Source: Bdellovibrio sp.
GTDB lineage: Bacteria > Bdellovibrionota > Bdellovibrionia > Bdellovibrionales > Bdellovibrionaceae
Assembly: GCA_036676395.1 (NCBI GenBank)
Contig: JAKFCY010000002.1
Coordinates: 704,001 to 768,000, forward strand
Length of the DNA stretch: 64,000 nucleotides
Direction: 5' to 3'
A program made the translations under genes and the position numbers. Below are positions 59,302-64,000 of the stretch, piece after piece. The notes below the pieces were generated by a model that did no database searches, was not told where the DNA came from, and was given only the letters and a program-made list of their open reading frames with translations. How positions within the stretch are numbered: position 1 is the first letter of the stretch; each line of letters opens with the position of its first letter.

Positions 59302-62300
59302 AAACTCTCTCTAGCTGAATCAAGTTAAAATTGCGAATACGTTTTAAACATGAGGTGTTTGTGCTGCTTCCGATACGACCGCAATCGGGATCAACAGATG
59401 TCCAGCGTGGTGGCCCTTTGCCTTGAAGTACAAAAGTCGAACTACAGCGAATGCGGTCAGACAGTATTTGTAAACCTGGATCAGGATGCCAGAAAGGCAC
59501 GGTGCCATTATACAGCGATGAGCAGTTCGCATTATTAGCACGTCTCATAAGCGGTGGTGAGCCTGCTGATTTCATAGTGGCAACGGCAGTTTGGTTATGT
59601 ATGCTTTGCCATGTTACCCCAGCTTTTAAGGCTGATTTATCTACGGTGAAATCTTTAAGAACCATAAATGTACCGATAATTTTTAGCGGCTGCGATCTTG
59701 GTTTAATGATTAAAGTTCGACAGACATAAAAACCATTAATGATGGTAGCACTTGGTTCGATGGTACAGGTGCCACGAATTGATCCTATGCCAAATGAAGA
59801 GTAAATATTTGTATCAAAAAGCTGGTCTGAATAAACAGTTTTGTCTGGGGCTGCAAAATGCCATGAATCTACTGCAACTGAAGTAAAATCAGCAGCAGCA
59901 AATGAAGCTGGCTTGAAAGCATCCTGATTTATCCCGCCGGCAGAGTCCATACATTGTTTAATTTTTTCTTCGTAGTTGATAGCTGGGTCAAGTGGTTTGT
60001 AAGTGCCTAAGTTAATTTCGTTAGCTTGATAATCAAGGCCACGGTCGCTAAATACTAATTCATCTGCAGCGTTTATTGAAAAATTATAATGAACATTGTT
60101 CATGTCAGCTAATTTTCCGGTATTGCCATCATTTGGATTATTGGTGACTTCGTTGTTCGGACTGCGTGGACGTTTTGAATAACCGCCTTTTTTTGCGCTA
60201 AAATCCATACCTTCAATCGAAAGGTCTTTAATCGCATTGTTAGACATGCCAGTGGTTTTATATAAATCATCACTTGATCCAGAAGTGTTGTAAATCCGGT
60301 TGGTCGGTGAAATCGAAGCGTACTTAAAATATTTACCGTTAATAATTTTGATGGTTACATTTCTAAATGCAGATTGGCGTTTGCTAAAACCATTTGAAGG
60401 CTTGGTGCTAACGATCTCTAGCTGCCCCGGATTTTCATAATATTCTTTACGTAAATTATATTCTGTTAATACCGGAGTATAGTCGTCATCGAAGTATTTT
60501 TGGTAATCTTCTTTAGCGTCATCAAATCTTTTCTGTGCCCAAGCTACAGAATCATCATTGAATCGATTATCTTTTAAATCTTCATACTCATCACGGTCAG
60601 ACCAACTTGCATAAGCGCCACCCGAAGTAGGTTTTGTAGTTTCTAGTTGGGCCAAGCGAGCAGTTCTTGTGGTTAACGTTGCTGAAGTCGTACCTATTTT
60701 AGGTAGATGGGTACCGTTTAAAGTAGCTGATACTGCAGTCAAAGCATTTGCCGCCTGGTCGAATTGGTCTTTTGAATAAGCTGAAAAATTAATGGTTACG
60801 GCATGACCATCGCCCCCACTATTTTCTAAAATAGGAATTTTTAAAAAATCATCGTTACCAGGTTTAGGCCAAGTCATATTAGCCCACATTACAAGTTTAG
60901 TTCCTGAAGCTAAGTTATAAGCTGGTGCGATTGAATACCAAATATTGGATGCATCTTTGCCACCATTATCACTATACTTATTTGATATATTCATAAAAGG
61001 GGATCCCGAGAAACCAGAACAGTTAAGGCCCCCATCGCCAGAGTTTAAGCCATTGTAATTACAGTTAATGCCCCCATCGTTGTTGTTAATTTCTTGCGGC
61101 TCAAATAAATTAAGAGCATTGGGCATGGTTGAAAAAGAATAGCGAACCGTGGTTTCAGTTAAATTAGTTCCGACAGTGCCACTCATGGGAACACCGACTA
61201 AACGTGATTCTTTTGTTAAATTTAAATCACTTTGCGCGCGAAGCAGGTTAGTACAAAAAGTGATAATATCATTATTTAAAGTGGTTGAATCACTGACCCC
61301 ATTAAGTACACTTAAGCCCACATCACCTTTACCGTCAGAATCAATTCCGCGCATAAAGCCGCCAAAAGTTTTTAAATCTGTCCAGTGACGTTTTACACCC
61401 AGGGCTTCGTTAATTTTAAAGTCTGCGCCATTGTGATCTTTGATTTTACCGTTACCAATAATAACCACATCGTTAAAAGTAGCCGGCGTGTAGCTACCAG
61501 AATTGTCCATAAAAATATTCTGGTTTACGAAAATAGGCGAATTGAAAACCATGCCTACATCACTTTTTGATCCTTTGGGAATTGCCATATCGCCGTGACC
61601 AGCAATAGGCGCTGTAGCTTCGCCTAAATAAATTGAACCAGGTAAAATAAGAGTAAATGTATTGAGTTCACGCGGGTTAGAAACAAAGCTAGATATTTCG
61701 CGTAAAAATTGTTTTCCGGTGGCTGTATTCTGCCCATCGGCACCAATGACTTCTAGACCGGTTCGTACCGGTTGGCCATCCCGGCCGGTAAATTCAGTAA
61801 TGATTTGAATATAAACTTCGTCACCATTTACAGGTAAAGTCATATTGCTGATGCGTGAGACTTTGATGTTGACGCCTTTAACCAGTGGATTGCGTGTGTT
61901 TGTAAGAACACGATTTAACGGATGCGTCGCACCCATAGTTAAATTATTCAGATCCAGTGTAATGGAAAATGATTGTAACATAAAATCGACAGCATTTTTT
62001 CCGGCTAAAGTTGGAAAAAGGTTGGCGTTAGTGACCGGGTCTGTAGTTTTTCCTAAGTCTTCTAAAGTTTTCGCATATGATAACGGCATCATCAAGCGGG
62101 CGGTGCTAAATTGATTCGTAAAATTATTTACGCAGTTTTCAGGCAATTCAGGTAAAAGTTGGGCATCAAAACACCAACCTTTGCGAATGCCGTATTTGAT
62201 ATAATCCGTGATTGAGCGCAATGCTAAATTGGCGTGAATATCCTTACGTAGCTGTGATGAGAGCTTTCGTTCAGTGATAATTTTATTTGAGATAAAGTAA

Positions 62301-62380
62301 ACTCCAGATGACACAATCCCCACGATGAACAAAGCCATCATTGTGGTATTTCCCCGGGAGTTGAACAAACGTATCCTCAT
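59291..62380 (-). CDS. Giant PilX/GspK-like minor pilin or tip protein
   Basis: RG-NTTMMALFIVGIV class III-like signal lacking E5; co-transcribed with PilV/PilW-like genes; Cys-rich C-terminus. Confidence 0.6.
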   Translation of the reverse strand: MRIRLFNSRGNTTMMALFIVGIVSSGVYFISNKIITERKLSSQLRKDIHANLALRSITDYIKYGIRKGWCFDAQLLPELPENCVNNFTNQFSTARLMMPLSYAKTLEDLGKTTDPVTNANLFPTLAGKNAVDFMLQSFSITLDLNNLTMGATHPLNRVLTNTRNPLVKGVNIKVSRISNMTLPVNGDEVYIQIITEFTGRDGQPVRTGLEVIGADGQNTATGKQFLREISSFVSNPRELNTFTLILPGSIYLGEATAPIAGHGDMAIPKGSKSDVGMVFNSPIFVNQNIFMDNSGSYTPATFNDVVIIGNGKIKDHNGADFKINEALGVKRHWTDLKTFGGFMRGIDSDGKGDVGLSVLNGVSDSTTLNNDIITFCTNLLRAQSDLNLTKESRLVGVPMSGTVGTNLTETTVRYSFSTMPNALNLFEPQEINNNDGGINCNYNGLNSGDGGLNCSGFSGSPFMNISNKYSDNGGKDASNIWYSIAPAYNLASGTKLVMWANMTWPKPGNDDFLKIPILENSGGDGHAVTINFSAYSKDQFDQAANALTAVSATLNGTHLPKIGTTSATLTTRTARLAQLETTKPTSGGAYASWSDRDEYEDLKDNRFNDDSVAWAQKRFDDAKEDYQKYFDDDYTPVLTEYNLRKEYYENPGQLEIVSTKPSNGFSKRQSAFRNVTIKIINGKYFKYASISPTNRIYNTSGSSDDLYKTTGMSNNAIKDLSIEGMDFSAKKGGYSKRPRSPNNEVTNNPNDGNTGKLADMNNVHYNFSINAADELVFSDRGLDYQANEINLGTYKPLDPAINYEEKIKQCMDSAGGINQDAFKPASFAAADFTSVAVDSWHFAAPDKTVYSDQLFDTNIYSSFGIGSIRGTCTIEPSATIINGFYVCRTLIIKPRSQPLKIIGTFMVLKDFTVDKSALKAGVTWQSIHNQTAVATMKSAGSPPLMRRANNANCSSLYNGTVPFWHPDPGLQILSDRIRCSSTFVLQGKGPPRWTSVDPDCGRIGSSTNTSCLKRIRNFNLIQLERVYGL

Positions 62381-62427
62381 ATGGTACCCCTCAATATATT
62401 ATTGTAGAACATCTAGCTGTAATACAG

Positions 62428-62469
62428 AAGAAAAAAGAAAACCCCCGCCTCAGAATAAGACGGGGGTTT
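62428..62469 (-). terminator. Intrinsic terminator after the 62494-63693 gene
   Basis: Minus strand AAACCCCCG-loop-CGGGGGTTTTCTTTTTT. Confidence 0.75.
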
Positions 62470-62493
62470 ATTGAAGGGATAGTAAATAAAATA

Positions 62494-63693
62494 CTAGTTG
62501 GCTGTTAAAGCCGAAGTGTAAGGCTGAAACCAAACATCGACAATGTATGCATGTGGATGTTTTTTCGGATTCTTTAAGACGATCGTTGATTTCTCGCGGA
62601 ACTCGACCTTTTCAGCCACAGAACGAACTTGAGATTCGTATTTCAAGTTAATCGACTTAAGCATAGAAGCTAAAGGCACTGTATCTTTTTTAGAGTAAAC
62701 ACCTTTACCTGATTTATCCTTCCAGAGAACAAGTTTTTTGAAAATCGGATCTTTACTGTCGATGATGCCATCTTTATTTAAATCGTGAACAGCTAGTTTT
62801 GCAAAACCATTTTTATGTTCACCTGATTCACCAAAAAGTTCTTGGCTTGAAAGCACTTTACCTTGTTGGTTTGGTAAAGCTAAAAAGTAACCGGCATGAT
62901 TTTTTTCTGGCCAGTAAGTTCTTTGATTGGCACCCATGTTAAATTCAACAACATTATCAAATTTTGGGATTTCTTTGTCTAAGAACACCATTAACGGCGA
63001 GTGGTATCCACCGCAATAACCTTCTTGGCCAGGAAAGCCAGTTTCAATATCAAAGGTTTTGCCATCAGATGACTGATTGATATTAATCGCACTTGATGAA
63101 AGAAGACCCGTATAAGCATAGTAGGCACAGCTTCCGCCAAAACAATGCTCGCCGTTGTTGTTCTGGGGGCCAGCTTCTTGTTCAAATGTAACATTACTTA
63201 CTTTAAAACGCTGTTGCGCTACATTGATTTCAGCCGTGACAGGGTTAACTGAATTGGTAACGGCACTTGGTATATTTAGAGTCACGGTATTACCTGAATA
63301 GGCCGCTCGTGATCCTGAAGGCAGTGTAAACCCTGATAGAGTACTTGTTTGCGTGGCCGCAGCCGAAGTACCCAAGACAGCTGATGCAGGAAAGCGAACC
63401 TTGAATGCTTGTTCTGCGCCATTATCAATGGTGATTTTACCATTCATGATAACAGTACTATTGGGTGCAATAGGATTTGCAACTCCACGCAAGTTAGTGC
63501 CAAAGCACGAAGCTCTGAAGCGAATCGTATAGTTATTTGTACTTGTTCTTTGTGTAGCTCCGGCAACAGACATATCGGCCAGTGGATTTACTGCACCTTC
63601 GCCACCATTAATGGTAAGGTCACTGCCTGCAGCTGATTGCGCTAGCCCTAAAGCTAAAACAAGCGATAATACATTGAGTTTTCCTGATAACAT
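62494..63693 (-). CDS. Secreted protein with an EF-hand-containing, FrpC self-processing-module-like C-terminal domain
   Basis: Signal peptide; HSPLMVFLD, ELFG and NGFAKLAVHDLNKDGIIDSKD..FKKLVLWKD motifs. Confidence 0.6.
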   Translation of the reverse strand: MLSGKLNVLSLVLALGLAQSAAGSDLTINGGEGAVNPLADMSVAGATQRTSTNNYTIRFRASCFGTNLRGVANPIAPNSTVIMNGKITIDNGAEQAFKVRFPASAVLGTSAAATQTSTLSGFTLPSGSRAAYSGNTVTLNIPSAVTNSVNPVTAEINVAQQRFKVSNVTFEQEAGPQNNNGEHCFGGSCAYYAYTGLLSSSAININQSSDGKTFDIETGFPGQEGYCGGYHSPLMVFLDKEIPKFDNVVEFNMGANQRTYWPEKNHAGYFLALPNQQGKVLSSQELFGESGEHKNGFAKLAVHDLNKDGIIDSKDPIFKKLVLWKDKSGKGVYSKKDTVPLASMLKSINLKYESQVRSVAEKVEFREKSTIVLKNPKKHPHAYIVDVWFQPYTSALTAN

Positions 63694-63905
63694 AATTCCC
63701 CCCAGTTATCTCACATACTTAAGTATAGCTGCGTTTTTCAGATTATTTACAAAAAAAAATAAAATTAGCATTTATTCAGTTTTTTCGTTTCATCATGAAA
63801 CAGTACGAAAAATAGTTTGCAGCTGAGATCAAATATAAGACCTAGGTCCGATCATTGTTTTACTTCAATACGTCGATAAATATGGCGGATATATAAGGAT
63901 GTAAA

Positions 63906-64000
63906 ATGAATAAATGGTTTAATAGCAAATTCTACTTCGCATTTTGGATGTTCTTAGCATTAGTACCAATGAAACACGCTTTAGATGTTTCAGCGGAAAT
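63906..64000 (+). CDS. 5' fragment of a hypothetical gene running off the window
   Basis: AAGGA RBS, then ATG and an open frame MNKWFNSKFYFAFWMFLALVP... Confidence 0.4.
   Translation, partial: MNKWFNSKFYFAFWMFLALVPMKHALDVSAE

Noticed and set aside
63694..63905. Intergenic region as a possible ncRNA or riboswitch
   Set aside because: No recognisable conserved structure; consistent with divergent promoters

Overview
Gene-dense, AT-rich bacterial chromosome segment, most likely from a predatory Bdellovibrionota member. This is inferred from FQNC-type lipoprotein signals, a topoisomerase VI pair, a RomR-like regulator and many small secreted hypothetical proteins. I saw no rRNA, tRNA, CRISPR array or mobile element. 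Housekeeping genes include serA, D-2-hydroxyglutarate dehydrogenase, grxD/bolA, top6B/top6A, aconitase, a MoxR-DUF58-transglutaminase triad, birA, nadC, lptG, def, fmt, rpe, hutH and hutU. Accessory loci lie between them: (1) a secreted glycine-zipper/coiled-coil protein followed by two paralogous small membrane proteins (candidate toxin plus immunity pair); (2) a tandem-GGDEF protein with a signal peptide; (3) an arginase-olsB-M14 peptidase-hydrolase operon divergent from pstS across Pho-box-like repeats, with a 19-bp direct repeat that could fuse arginase to OlsB in frame; (4) a kinase-like lipoprotein; (5) a DUF1501/cytochrome c/YceI exported operon; (6) a minor-pilin cluster with a 1029-aa PilX-like protein, preceded by an FrpC-SPM-like secreted protein; (7) a serpin inside the hut operon. 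Six exported-protein genes share a sigma54-like upstream motif, and two genes have sigma28-like promoters. All family calls come from motif recognition by eye, not database searches.
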